NCBI GenBank assembly: GCA_963715625.1
Contig: OY970260.1
Coordinates: forward strand, 2,439,520-2,503,519
From: an uncultured Solirubrobacterales bacterium
GTDB taxonomy: Bacteria; Actinomycetota; Thermoleophilia; Solirubrobacterales; 70-9
Length of the DNA: 64,000 nucleotides
Reading direction: 5' to 3'
Shown here in pieces: positions 38,530 through 48,544 of the stretch (position 1 is the stretch's first letter; each line of letters opens with the position of its first letter). A program made the position numbers and the translations under genes. The notes beneath the pieces were generated by a model. The model saw only the letters and a program-made list of their open reading frames with translations. It was not told the DNA's origin and did no database searches.

Positions 38530-39474
38530 ATGGCAGTCGCAACCCCATCGCCTCCCCGCACCGAGTCCCGCTTCGAGGGCCTCGTCCTCGACTTCCTCTC
38601 CTACCTCGAGCTCGAGCGCGGCCTCTCGCGCAACACGCTCGACGCCTACCGCACCGACCTTCACCAGTACGGCGAGTTCCTCGCCGCCCGCGACATCGAT
38701 GCCCTCGCCGCGGGGCCAGCCGACATCAGCGATTTCCTCGCCGGGCTGGCGACGGGTGAGGGGCGGCCCGCCTGTTCCTCTTCCACCGTGCACCGCAAGG
38801 CCGCCTGCCTGCGCTCCTTCTACAAGCAGTTGCGCCGCGACGAGCTGATCGGCGACGACCCGACCGCGGCGCTGAGCGCCCCGCGCCGGGCGAAGAAGCT
38901 GCCCCAGGTCCTCAACTACGCCGAGGTTCAGAAGCTTCTCGCGGCCCCGCAGGGCAACGAGCCGGCGGCATTGCGCGACCGGGCGCTGCTGGAGGTGATG
39001 TACGCCTGCGGGCTGCGCGCCTCGGAGACGATCGGGCTGGAGCTCGGTGACGTCGACCTGCACGAGGGGTTCCTCCGTGCCCGCGGCAAGGGCAGCAAGG
39101 AACGGCTGGTGCCGCTCGGCCGCAAGGCGATCGCGGCGATCTCCGCCTACCTGCGCGGCGGGCGGCCGAAGCTGATCGGCGAACGCCACGAGACGAAGCT
39201 CTTCGTCAACTTTCGCGGCGGACCGCTCAGCCGCCAGGGCCTCTACAAGATCGTCCAGCGCAACGCCCGCGCCGCCGGCCTGGCCGGCCAGATGAGCCCG
39301 CACACGCTGCGCCACAGCTTCGCCACCCACCTGCTGGCGGGGGGCTGCGACCTACGCGCCGTCCAGGAGATGCTCGGCCACGCCGACATCGCGACCACCC
39401 AGCTCTACACCCACCTCTCCGGCGAGCACCTCAAGGACGCCTACTTCAAGGCCCACCCCCGCGCGACCGCATGA
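38530..39474 (+). CDS. xerD: site-specific tyrosine recombinase XerD
   Basis: SAM-like N-domain (FLSYLELERGLSRNTLDAYRTDL), catalytic RHSFATHLL...LGHADIATTQLYTH. Confidence 0.9.
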   Translation: MAVATPSPPRTESRFEGLVLDFLSYLELERGLSRNTLDAYRTDLHQYGEFLAARDIDALAAGPADISDFLAGLATGEGRPACSSSTVHRKAACLRSFYKQLRRDELIGDDPTAALSAPRRAKKLPQVLNYAEVQKLLAAPQGNEPAALRDRALLEVMYACGLRASETIGLELGDVDLHEGFLRARGKGSKERLVPLGRKAIAAISAYLRGGRPKLIGERHETKLFVNFRGGPLSRQGLYKIVQRNARAAGLAGQMSPHTLRHSFATHLLAGGCDLRAVQEMLGHADIATTQLYTHLSGEHLKDAYFKAHPRATA

Positions 39475-39489
39475 GGTAGAAATGGGGGG

Positions 39490-40398
39490 GTGCCCGAGCT
39501 GCCGGAGGTGGAGACCGTCTGCAGGCAGCTCGATCCGGAGCTGGCGGGCCAGAGGGTCGAGGCGCTGGAGGTGTTGGATGCGCGCTGGTGCCGGCCGACC
39601 CCGCCGAAGAAGCTCGAAGCCGCGATCCGCGGGGCGACGATCGAGGGGCTCCGGCGGCGCGGCAAGTACCTGCTGCTGGGACTGGACGGCGCCCGGACGC
39701 TGGTCATGCACCTGCGGATGACCGGCAATCTGATCCTGGTCGAGGGAGCGGGCAAGATCGATCCCTCCGAGGGGCGACGCCTCTACGAGGGGGAGCGCTC
39801 GGCTTCCGAGCGCCATCTGCGCGCTCGCTTTCAGCTCGGCGACCGGCGCGAGCTCTGGTTCACCGACCCGCGCCGCTTCGGCGAGGCATTCCTGATCGAG
39901 GACGCCGGCCTCGACGAGCGCTTTGCCCGGCTCGGCGTTGAGCCGCTCTCCGGCGACTTCACGCCCGAGGCTCTGGGGAGGATGGCCGTCGGGCGCACCG
40001 CGCCGCTGAAGTCTTTCCTGCTCGACCAGAAGCACGTCGCCGGCGTGGGCAACATCTACGCCGACGAGGCGCTCTTCCGTGCCCGCCTACACCCGCTCTC
40101 GCCGGCTGGCTCGATGAAGCCGGAGCACCTGAAGGCGCTGCGCGACGCGGTCGTTACCGCGCTGGAAGCCGGGATCGACGGCGGCGGCGCCTCGATCGAC
40201 GACTACCGCGACGGCCGCGGCGAGAAGGGCACGATGCAGGACGAGTTCCTCGTCCACACTCGTGAGGGCCAGCCCTGCCCGCGATGCGACGGGCCGATCT
40301 CCCGCATCGTCGTCTCCGGCCGCTCGACCTACTGCTGCCCGAGCTGCCAGGTCAGGCTGCGGCGCAAACCGCGCCGCGGTCGCAGTTCCCACCGCTAA
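39490..40398 (+). CDS. mutM: formamidopyrimidine-DNA glycosylase
   Basis: N-terminal PELPEVE, H2TH region, C-terminal zinc finger CPRCDGPI...CPSCQ. Confidence 0.9.
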   Translation: MPELPEVETVCRQLDPELAGQRVEALEVLDARWCRPTPPKKLEAAIRGATIEGLRRRGKYLLLGLDGARTLVMHLRMTGNLILVEGAGKIDPSEGRRLYEGERSASERHLRARFQLGDRRELWFTDPRRFGEAFLIEDAGLDERFARLGVEPLSGDFTPEALGRMAVGRTAPLKSFLLDQKHVAGVGNIYADEALFRARLHPLSPAGSMKPEHLKALRDAVVTALEAGIDGGGASIDDYRDGRGEKGTMQDEFLVHTREGQPCPRCDGPISRIVVSGRSTYCCPSCQVRLRRKPRRGRSSHR

Positions 40399-40455
40399 GC
40401 GGCGGAAAAGGCGACCGCGGCCCGTCGTCCGGCCCGTCGTTCACCGTAGGCCACT

Positions 40456-41181
40456 ATGGCCGGAACGACGCTGAAGACCGAGGCGGTGGTGCTGCGCGGC
40501 ATCCGCTACGGCGAGGCCGACCGGATCCTCCACCTCTACTCGCAGACGCGCGGCAGGATCGGCGCGATCGCCAAGGGGGCACGGAAGCCCAGGTCGCGCT
40601 TCGGCGGCCGCCTGGAGCCCTTCTTCCGCCTCGACCTGGTCCTGCACGAAGGGCGGGGCGAGCTGCTCACGGTCACCAATGTCTCCACCGTCAACGGCTA
40701 CCCCCGGCTGCGCGCCTCCGGCCCGGCGCTGAACGCGGGCGCCCGCGCCTGCGACGCGGTGCTGCGGTTGCTCGACTCGGCTGAGCCGAATCCGCCCGCC
40801 TACAACCTGCTCTGCCGCTACCTGGCGCTGCTAGATGACCCCGGCGCGGAGCGGGCAAGCGGCCTCGAGACGGCGCTCTCCTTCCGCCTCAAGCTTGCGC
40901 TCGCGGCCGGCTTCGCGCCCGAGCTCGCCTCCTGCGCACACTGCGGCGAGGCCGAGCACCTGAGCGGCTTCTCCGGCGCGGCCGGGGGCGTCGTCTGCAC
41001 GAGCTGCGAAGCGGGCGCCTTCCCGCTCTCCGAGGAAGCGCACCGCTTCATGGTCGAGGCGATCGGCAGCCCGCTCGCCGAGGCGCCGGAGGCCGAGGAG
41101 CTGGCGCTGCGCCAGGTCGAGCGGGCTGTGGGCGAGACCCTCGAGCACCATGCGCACGTGCAACTGCGGAGCGCAGCGTAG
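40456..41181 (+). CDS. recO: DNA repair protein RecO
   Basis: OB-fold N-terminus (EAVVLRGIRYGEADRILHLYS), zinc motif CAHCG...CTSC. Confidence 0.88.
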   Translation: MAGTTLKTEAVVLRGIRYGEADRILHLYSQTRGRIGAIAKGARKPRSRFGGRLEPFFRLDLVLHEGRGELLTVTNVSTVNGYPRLRASGPALNAGARACDAVLRLLDSAEPNPPAYNLLCRYLALLDDPGAERASGLETALSFRLKLALAAGFAPELASCAHCGEAEHLSGFSGAAGGVVCTSCEAGAFPLSEEAHRFMVEAIGSPLAEAPEAEELALRQVERAVGETLEHHAHVQLRSAA

Positions 41182-41296
41182 GGGTCGGTCCCGGCAGGGG
41201 TTCCGCTTAACTTTTTGGGTGGGGCGGGGAACGGCTGGCGCCCCGAGCGGGTTGACCAAAAAGTACAAGACGCTCCACCCCTGCCGGGACCGACCC
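41181..41296. repeat. 117-bp palindromic intergenic element, family 1, copy 3 (same orientation as copy 2)
   Basis: Outer stem GGGGTCGGTCCCGGCAGGGG / CCCCTGCCGGGACCGACCC; begins at the G of the recO TAG. Confidence 0.85.
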
Positions 41297-41309
41297 TTAG
41301 GATCGACGG

Positions 41310-42320
41310 GTGGACGCAACCATGACGTTTGAGGATCGGGTGTGCGCCTGGGAGGAGGAGTTCCTCGTTCCGGGGGCGACGCGCTCCTACCCGGCGCGCC
41401 GGGAGGTCGAGGAGGCTGACAGCCCGGTCCGCACGCCGTTTCAGCGCGACCGCGACCGCATCGTCCACTCCAAGCCCTTCCGGCGGCTCAAGCACAAGAC
41501 GCAGGTCTTTGTCGCGCCCGAGGGCGACCACTACCGCACCCGGCTCACGCACACGCTGGAGGCCTGCGGGATCGCCCGCACCGTTGCCCGCGCGCTCGGC
41601 CTCAACGAGGACCTGACCGAGGCGATCGGGCTCGGCCACGACCTCGGCCACCCGCCCTTCGGGCATGCCGGCGAGGAGGCGCTCGACGCGGCTCTGCGCG
41701 AGCGCTGCGGCGCCCACTTCAAGCACAACGAGCACTCCCTGCGCGTGGTCGAGGTGCTGGAGCGCGACGGGCGCGGCCTCAACCTGACCGAGCAGGTGCG
41801 CGACGGCATCCTCAACCACACCGGCTCGCCCAAGCCGGCGACGCTGGAGGGGCGGATAGTCAAGCTGGTCGACCGCGTCGCCTACATCAACCACGACATC
41901 GACGACGCGCTGCGGGCCGGGATCCTGCGCCCCGAGGACCTCCCGGCGGCGGAGATAGGGCTGCTCGGCGAGACCGGCTCGGCCCGGATCGACACACTCG
42001 TCCGCGACATCGTCGAGCGCTCGCGGGCCGCCGGCGACATCGTCCAGAGCGAGGAGATCGGCGGCGCGATGCTGCGCCTGCGCAAGTTCATGTTCGACCG
42101 CGTCTACCTCGGACCGCTGGCGCGCAGCGAGCACGACCGGGTCCACCGGGTGGTGCAGGTCCTCTTCGACCACTACATGGAGAGCCCGGACGAGGCGCCG
42201 TCGCCCGCGCGTGACGCAAGCGACTGCCAGCGCGTCGCCGACTACCTCGCCGGGATGACCGACCGCTACTGCATCGCCAAGTTCGCCCAATTGACGATCC
42301 CGGAGGAGGCGCGCTTCTGA
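41310..42320 (+). CDS. dgt: dGTP triphosphohydrolase-like HD-domain protein
   Basis: FQRDRDRIVHSKPFRRLKHKTQVF, RLTHTLE, GLGHDLGHPPFGHAGE. Confidence 0.88.
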   Translation: MDATMTFEDRVCAWEEEFLVPGATRSYPARREVEEADSPVRTPFQRDRDRIVHSKPFRRLKHKTQVFVAPEGDHYRTRLTHTLEACGIARTVARALGLNEDLTEAIGLGHDLGHPPFGHAGEEALDAALRERCGAHFKHNEHSLRVVEVLERDGRGLNLTEQVRDGILNHTGSPKPATLEGRIVKLVDRVAYINHDIDDALRAGILRPEDLPAAEIGLLGETGSARIDTLVRDIVERSRAAGDIVQSEEIGGAMLRLRKFMFDRVYLGPLARSEHDRVHRVVQVLFDHYMESPDEAPSPARDASDCQRVADYLAGMTDRYCIAKFAQLTIPEEARF

Positions 42321-42348
42321 GCCGCGCCGGGGGCGTTACGGTGGCCGT

Positions 42349-44128
42349 ATGGCGCTGATATCGACCGAGAGCCTGGAGCGGGTCAAGCAGGCGGTTGACA
42401 TCGTCGAGGTGATCTCGGCCCACACCGACCTGCGCCGCCAGGGCACGCGCTGGGTCGGTCTCTGCCCGTTCCACGAGGAGCGCACGCCCTCGTTCTCGGT
42501 CGAACGCGCAGGAGAAGCTCTACCACTGCTTCGGCTGCGGGGTCGGCGGCGACACGATCAAGTTCGTCGAGGAGAAGGAGGGGCTGGGCTTCGCCGAGGC
42601 GGTCGAGCTGCTCGCCGACCGCTACGGGGTCGAGCTGGAGCGCGAGAGGGAGGATCCGCGGGCCGAGGCCAGGCGTCAGCAGCGGCGCCGGCTCGGCGAC
42701 CTGCTTGACCGCACTGCGTCCTTCTACGCCGCCTACCTCTGGGACTCCGACGAGGCGGGTAGGGCGCGCGAGTACCTGGCGCAGCGCGGCCTCGGCGAGG
42801 AGGTGCTGCGGGCCTTCGGCGTCGGCTACGCGCCGAGCGCCTGGGACAAGGTGCTTCTGCGCGGGCAGCGCGCCGGGTTCAAGGTCGAGGAGCTGCGCGG
42901 GGTCGGGCTGGTCCAGCGCGGCCGGGGCGGGGGGGAGTACGACCGCTTCCGCTCGCGGATCATGTTCCCGATCCGCGACCGCCGCGGCCGCACGCTCGGA
43001 TTCGGCGGCAGGGCGATGCGCTCCGACCAGGGGGCGAAGTACGTCAACACGGCCGAGACCGACTTCTTCCACAAGAGCACGATGCTCTACGGGATCGACC
43101 TGGCCAAGGCGGCGATCGCGAGGGCCGGCCGGGCGGTCGTGGTCGAGGGCTACACCGACGTCCTCGCCCTGCACCAGGCCGGGATTGAGGAGGCCGTCGG
43201 CGTGATGGGCACGGCGATCACCGAGGAGCAGGTGGCCTCGCTCTCGGGGATGGTCGACGAGGTCGTGCTGGCGCTCGACGCCGACGCGGCCGGGCAGGAG
43301 GCGATGCTGCGGGCGCAGCGGGTGGCGGCGGGACGCAAGATGCGGCTGCGGGTGGCGGCGATGCCGGCCGGAGAGGACCCGGCGGAGATGATGGCCGCCG
43401 AGGGCGGGGCGGAACGCTTCCGGGCGCTTCTCGACGATGCGGTCGAGCTGACCGCCTTCCAGGTCGGGCTGGTCCTCGACCGCACGGACACGGCCTCGCC
43501 CGCCGAGCGCGACCGGGCTCTGGCCGAGGTCGCGCCGATCCTGGCCGGACTGGGGGAGAGCGCCAGCCGCGACGACCTGGTGCGGCAGGTCGCCGAGCGC
43601 CTCGACCTGGAGCCGGCGATGGTGATGGGGAGGGTGGTGGCGTCGCAGCCGCTCAGCGGCGGGCCCGGCGAAGCGCAGGCGCGCGGTGCCGCCGCCGCGC
43701 CCGCCCCGAGGCGGACCGCCGAGCTGACCTCGCGCGAGCGCCGCGAGCGCGCCCTGCTGGCGATGTGCATCGCGATGCCGGCCGAGGGCAGGGATTACCT
43801 GGCCCGCCTCGGCGAGGAGCACCTCTCGCCGATGGGCATGCGCGCCTTGGCCTGGCTGCGCGAGCACCCCGAGGACCCGGCCTCCAACCTCCCCCACGAC
43901 GACCCCGAGCTGTCCGGCCTGATCGCCGAGCTGGTCATCATCGCCCACGACGAGCCCGCCTCCCCGGAGGCGATGGAGCTCAACTACCTCCTCCTCGAGC
44001 AGCGCCGCATCGAGGCCGAGATCGCCGCCGCCGGCGAGCAGGGCGACTACGAGCGCCGCGCCGCCCTCAGCCGCGACCGCGCCGCCCTGGTCGAACGAAT
44101 AGCCCACACCGAGCGGGTCGGGGGGTAG
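42349..44128 (+). CDS. dnaG: DNA primase with an apparent +1 frameshift near 42496..42503
   Basis: Zn-finger first half GLCPFHEERTPSFSV is in the 42349 frame; second half EKLYHCFGCGVGGDTIKF, the TOPRIM region (VVVEGYTDVLALHQAG, LALDADAAGQ) and the remainder are in the 42803 frame. Confidence 0.85.
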
Positions 44129-44182
44129 GAACACAGACAAGACATTGCGGTTTCCGTCCGAGGCGTTTGGCAAGCTTTCCCC

Positions 44183-44902
44183 ATGGACAAGCGGTTTCTG
44201 GAGGATTGCTTGGCGAAAGGGATGTCGCTGGAGACAATCGGCAAGGCGACAGGGAAGCACCCGTCAACGGTCGGCTACTGGATGCAGAAGCACGGCCTCA
44301 GGGCCAACGGGGCGAAGAAGTACGCGCGCCGAGGCGCTGTTGCGTGCGATGAGCTCGAAGCGCTCGTAGACGGTGGTGCGAGCCTGGTCGAAATCGCGGA
44401 AGCTCTCGATCGCAGCGTGTCGACGGTCAGATACTGGCTCGCGCGATACGAGATCGAGACGACTCGACCCCGCGGGCCACGGCGGCGGATTGGCGATGGG
44501 TCGAAGACCGCGACTTTCGATTGCAGACGGCATGGTCGCACCGAGTTCATCCTTGAGGGGTGCGGCTATTACAGGTGTAAGCAGTGTCGGTCTGCGGCGG
44601 TCGCCAGGCGGCGAAGAACCGTGAAGAAGAGGCTTGTCGCCGAGGCTGGAGGCGCCTGCGTTCTATGCGGTTACGCCCGTTGCCTGAATGCGCTGCAATT
44701 CCATCACGTTGAGCCTGGCTCGAAGAAGTTCTACCTGGCTTACCGCGGCCACTCGCGGTCAATCGCAAGAAGTCGGGCGGAGATGCGGAAGTGCGTCCTG
44801 CTTTGCGCCAATTGCCACGCCGAGGTCGAGGGCGGGTTCGCTACCCTGCCAGTGGATTCAAGTGGCCACGTCGATGAGTCTTGTCGGCAAATAACCACTT
44901 AA
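44183..44902 (+). CDS. free-standing HNH endonuclease with two N-terminal HTH repeats and a zinc ribbon
   Basis: Duplicated SLE(T/V)I..A....STV.YW...(H/Y) HTH units; CRRHG...CKQC; HNH core CVLCGY...LQFHHVEP...CANCHAEVE; visibly lower GC than neighbours. Confidence 0.7.
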   Translation: MDKRFLEDCLAKGMSLETIGKATGKHPSTVGYWMQKHGLRANGAKKYARRGAVACDELEALVDGGASLVEIAEALDRSVSTVRYWLARYEIETTRPRGPRRRIGDGSKTATFDCRRHGRTEFILEGCGYYRCKQCRSAAVARRRRTVKKRLVAEAGGACVLCGYARCLNALQFHHVEPGSKKFYLAYRGHSRSIARSRAEMRKCVLLCANCHAEVEGGFATLPVDSSGHVDESCRQITT

Positions 44903-44916
44903 TTTGTAGTGATTGA

Positions 44917-44990
44917 TCGGGGGTAGCTCAATTAGGCAGAGCGCCGTCCTGTTAAGTCGGTGGTTGGCGGTTCGAGTCCGCCCCCCCGAG
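44917..44990 (+). tRNA. tRNA-Asn (anticodon GTT)
   Basis: Manual cloverleaf: acceptor TCGGGGG/CCCCCGA, D stem GCTC/GAGC, anticodon loop CTGTTAA, T arm GGCGG-TTCGAGT-CCGCC; one U:U mismatch at 30:40; position after dnaG matches my recollection of Mycobacterium. Confidence 0.88.
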
Positions 44991-44994
44991 CCTC

Positions 44995-45024
44995 ACGAAG
45001 GGCCGCGATCTCGCGGCCCTTCGT
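44995..45024. terminator. bidirectional terminator-like GC hairpin between tRNA-Asn and the convergent glycosyltransferase
   Basis: ACGAAGGGCCGCGA TC TCGCGGCCCTTCGT, 13-14-bp perfect palindrome; weak U-tracts. Confidence 0.5.
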
Positions 45025-45025
45025 C

Positions 45026-46243
45026 TTACATAAGCGCGCGGGTGCGCGCCAGCCGCTCGACCAGCTCGGCGCCGCGCTCGGCGCCGTCGTTCTCGGCGGC
45101 CCAGGCGGCCAGCTCGCCGGCGCGCTCGGCGAAGGAGCGCTCGGCGAGCATGCGCCGGGCGGCCCAGCGCAACGGCGCCGGGCGGCAAAGACGCCAGGGG
45201 AGGGAGAGGCCGCACCCCGCCCAGGCGACCCGCATCGCGGTCTCGCTCATGTCGCCGATGATCGGGCAGGTCAGCACCGGCGTGCCGGCGCACAGCGCGC
45301 GGGCCACCGTGCCGTGGCCACCGTGGGAGATCACCAGCGAGGAGGCGGGCATCAGCTGGCTGTAGCTGAGCCACTCGACCAGGACCGCGTTGGCGGGGAC
45401 CTCGATCGGCCGCTGGGGGACGACGCGGTTGGTCGTCGCCACCACCCGCACCGGCTCCTCGGCGAGCGCCGCGAGCGCGGTGCGGACGAGGTGGTTCTCG
45501 GAGTCGTGGGCGGTGCTGGGTGCGACCAGGACCAGCGGCTCGTCCCCGGGCGGCAGCTCGATCTCCGGATGCGGGATCTCGAACGTCATCGGCCCGGTGA
45601 TCTGCACCCCGGCCGGCCAGCGCCGTGGGTACTCGAGCTGGGGGAAGGTCCCGACCAGCGCCAGGTCCGGGCTGATGCCGCCGTGGAAGCGATTCACGGG
45701 CGGCAGGCCGAGCCGCGCCCGCTGGCGGTTGAGGTCGTCGCGACCCTGCTCCAAGCCGATGTTCAGCGCCCGCTGCCCCGCCCGCCAGACCGCTCGCCCG
45801 ACCGGCGTGCGCGGCGGCTGCAGCCCCACCGCGAAGAAGGGCAGCCCGGGCTCGACCACCGGGTAGATGTGTGGGATCAGCGTCGCCAGCGGCACGCCGG
45901 CCTTCTCGGCCGCCAGGGTAGGCGCCAGGGTGAGGATGTCACTGACGACCGCGTGCGGACGCGTCTCCTCGAGCAGCGGCAGCAGCGCCTTGGCCGCTTC
46001 GGCCGCATGGGCGCCCTCGGGCGAGTCGGGGTCCGGGGGCGGGAACATGCGGTATTCCTCGGCTGCGGCGAAGCCGAGCCCGGCGCCCTTTACCGCCTCG
46101 CGACGCTCCTCCCAGGTCTCGATCGTCACCTCGTGGCCGCGCCCTCGCAGCGCCCGCCCCAGCGAGATCGCCGGGAAGACGTGCCCGGGATCTCCGAACG
46201 CCGCAACGAGGAAGCGAAGGCGCTTGCCGTCCCCGGTGACCAC
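45026..46243 (-). CDS. GT1-family (MGT/UDP-glycosyltransferase-like) glycosyltransferase
   Basis: N-terminal FLVAAFGDPGHVFPAISLGRAL, C-terminal ISHGGHGTVARAL donor-binding motif. Confidence 0.8.
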   Translation of the reverse strand: MVTGDGKRLRFLVAAFGDPGHVFPAISLGRALRGRGHEVTIETWEERREAVKGAGLGFAAAEEYRMFPPPDPDSPEGAHAAEAAKALLPLLEETRPHAVVSDILTLAPTLAAEKAGVPLATLIPHIYPVVEPGLPFFAVGLQPPRTPVGRAVWRAGQRALNIGLEQGRDDLNRQRARLGLPPVNRFHGGISPDLALVGTFPQLEYPRRWPAGVQITGPMTFEIPHPEIELPPGDEPLVLVAPSTAHDSENHLVRTALAALAEEPVRVVATTNRVVPQRPIEVPANAVLVEWLSYSQLMPASSLVISHGGHGTVARALCAGTPVLTCPIIGDMSETAMRVAWAGCGLSLPWRLCRPAPLRWAARRMLAERSFAERAGELAAWAAENDGAERGAELVERLARTRALM

Positions 46244-46256
46244 CGTGCTGCCGCTG

Positions 46257-46988
46257 CTAGGGCGTATCGAGGCCCTCGCCCGGCCGCGTGAACACGATCT
46301 CGGGTACGTGGCAGTTCTTCGACGTGCGCAGTAGGAACCGCACCGCCTCGCCGAGGTCCTCCGGCCGGATCATCTCCTCGCCGGGTATCTGTCCCTGGAC
46401 GAACTCGGTCATCGGCGTCTCGACGAAGCCCGGCGCCAGCGCCGTGCACTGGATCCCGGCGCCGCCCACCTCGCGGTGCGTCAACTGGGTGAAGTTGATC
46501 ACCGCCGCCTTGGTCGCGGCGTAGATCGAGAGCCAGGCCTGGCCGCCCTTGCCGGCGATCGATGCGGTGTTGACGATCAGCGCCTTGCCGTGCTCGCCGC
46601 CGGCCTGTTTGAGCATCGGCAGGCCCTCGCGGGTACCGATGATCAGGGCTCGCAGGTTGACGGCGAGCTGCATGTCGAGGTGCTTGGTCTGGATCTCCTC
46701 CATCGGCGCCCCGATGCCGACGCCGGCGTTGTTGACGAGCACGTCGAGGCGCCCGTAGGTCTCGCGGTGCTTGGCGAAGACGCCGACCAGTCCCTCCTCG
46801 TCGGCCATGTTGGCGGCGACGCTCTGCACCTCGATCCCGTCGGCCCGCAGCGCCTCCGCGGCGCTCTCGAGCTTCTCCGGGCGCCGCGCGGCGACCGTCA
46901 GCGCGTAGCCCTCCCCGCCGAGCACCCTGGCGATCGCCAGGCCGATGCCGCTCGACGCCCCGGTGATAAGTGCCGCTCGCTCCGCCAA
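46257..46988 (-). CDS. SDR family oxidoreductase (3-oxoacyl-ACP reductase-like)
   Basis: TGASSGIG, NNAG, YAATKAA catalytic motif. Confidence 0.85.
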   Translation of the reverse strand: MAERAALITGASSGIGLAIARVLGGEGYALTVAARRPEKLESAAEALRADGIEVQSVAANMADEEGLVGVFAKHRETYGRLDVLVNNAGVGIGAPMEEIQTKHLDMQLAVNLRALIIGTREGLPMLKQAGGEHGKALIVNTASIAGKGGQAWLSIYAATKAAVINFTQLTHREVGGAGIQCTALAPGFVETPMTEFVQGQIPGEEMIRPEDLGEAVRFLLRTSKNCHVPEIVFTRPGEGLDTP

Positions 46989-47089
46989 CTTCCTCTCCTT
47001 CCGCTTGCCCGTCTGCGCTGCGGACCCTATCTCCAGCCCGGCGAGGGCGTCTTCGGGGGCGCAGCTCCCGGCTCCCGACGCTCAATAAC

Positions 47090-48163
47090 ATGCCGCCGAT
47101 GCGTCGCAGCCGAGCCCTTGCCGCCCTCACCTTCGTGGCGGCGCTCGCGATGGCTGCGCTCACCGGCTGCGGCGGTGGCTCGGACAGCTCGGCCGACTCC
47201 TCTCAGAGCACGGCAGAGAGCCGCCCGGCGCCGCCGAAGAGCGACTTCCCCAGCGCCGCCGGCAAGACCCTGGCGCAGGTGGTCGAAGCCGCCGTCGGCC
47301 CCTCGACCCTGGTCGTCTCGCCTGCGGCGAAGGTCTTCTACGAAGGCACCAACCGTTACCCGTTCGGGGTCTTCGAACGCGACGGCAGCCAGGTCGGCGA
47401 CGCCAAGGTCGCGCTCTACTTCGCGCGGGTTCCGCTGAAGAAAGGCACGGCGGCCGGCACCGACCGCGAGAAAGAGGCGCTGGACGAAGCTCTCGACCAG
47501 CCCGCGATCGGCCCCTATCCCGCGGCCGTGGAAAGCGTCGCGACCCAACCCGCCTTCCGGGCGATGACGACGACCGACGACCCCGACGCCGCCACTGCCG
47601 TCTACAGCACGACAGTCAACTTCCCAGAAAGCGGGGAGTGGCGGATCGTCGCCCTGCTCGAGGAAGGTGGAGGGCTGAAGTCCTCGCTGCTGCCCAGCGC
47701 CTCGGTGGGCGCCTTCGCCAGGGTCCCGCAGCCGGGCCAGAAGGCGCCGCGCATCCACACGCCCACGCCCGAGGACGTCGGTGGTGACCTCAGCAAGATC
47801 ACCACGCGCATCCCGCCCGACACGCAGAACGAAGTCGACTACGCCGACGTGCTCGGCAAGGAGCCGATCGTGCTCCTGTTCGCGACGCCCCAGTTCTGCC
47901 AGAGCCGGGTCTGCGGGCCGATCGCCGACGTCACCGAGCAGGTCAAGCAGCTGTACGGGGACCGGGCGAGGTTCATCCACATGGAGATCTACAAGGACAA
48001 CGATCCCAGCAAGGGAGTGCGCCCGCAGGTGCGAGCCTTCCACCTCCCGAGCGAGCCATGGTTGTTCGCGATCGACCAAAGTGGAAGGATCGAGGCTGAG
48101 ATCGAGGGCGCCTTCGGCGTCGAAGAGCTGACCAGCGTTGTGAAGGGACTAATCGGAGAATGA
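47090..48163 (+). CDS. lipoprotein with C-terminal thioredoxin-like fold
   Basis: Lipobox LTGC after signal peptide (ATG 47090); PIVLLFATPQFCQSRVCGP redoxin-like motif. Confidence 0.55.
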   Translation: MPPMRRSRALAALTFVAALAMAALTGCGGGSDSSADSSQSTAESRPAPPKSDFPSAAGKTLAQVVEAAVGPSTLVVSPAAKVFYEGTNRYPFGVFERDGSQVGDAKVALYFARVPLKKGTAAGTDREKEALDEALDQPAIGPYPAAVESVATQPAFRAMTTTDDPDAATAVYSTTVNFPESGEWRIVALLEEGGGLKSSLLPSASVGAFARVPQPGQKAPRIHTPTPEDVGGDLSKITTRIPPDTQNEVDYADVLGKEPIVLLFATPQFCQSRVCGPIADVTEQVKQLYGDRARFIHMEIYKDNDPSKGVRPQVRAFHLPSEPWLFAIDQSGRIEAEIEGAFGVEELTSVVKGLIGE

Positions 48164-48525
48164 GCGAGAAGACGAGCCCCGACGGCGAGCTGCTGGCCTC
48201 CTTTGCCGAAGAGGCCAAACGCCGCTGCGATGTGATCGCCGCCGGCCTGGCCACCGAGACGACCGACTTCGAGACGATGCGGATGGAGGCGCACGCCCTC
48301 AAGGGCGCCGCCGGCGCCGTCGGCCTGCGCCGCCTCGCCGAGCTGGCCGGCCTGATGGAATCCGACCTCGACGAAGCGAAGAAAACCGGCACGATCCGCG
48401 GCGGCCGCACCCACCAGATCGCCGACGCCGCCAAGGCCATAGCCGAAGGCGCCACAGCAGCGGCCAACGGCGAAGAAGAGCCCCCCGACGTCGGCCGCTC
48501 CCTCGCCCAGCTCTTCAGCGCCTAG
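48160..48525 (+). CDS. HPt (histidine phosphotransfer) domain protein
   Basis: EAHALKGAAGAVGL motif characteristic of HPt domains. Confidence 0.65.
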   Translation: MSEKTSPDGELLASFAEEAKRRCDVIAAGLATETTDFETMRMEAHALKGAAGAVGLRRLAELAGLMESDLDEAKKTGTIRGGRTHQIADAAKAIAEGATAAANGEEEPPDVGRSLAQLFSA

Positions 48526-48544
48526 CGTTACGCTCCCAACCACT

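Noticed and set aside
42383-44260. 625-aa minus-strand ORF
   Set aside because: Antisense to dnaG; low-complexity translation.
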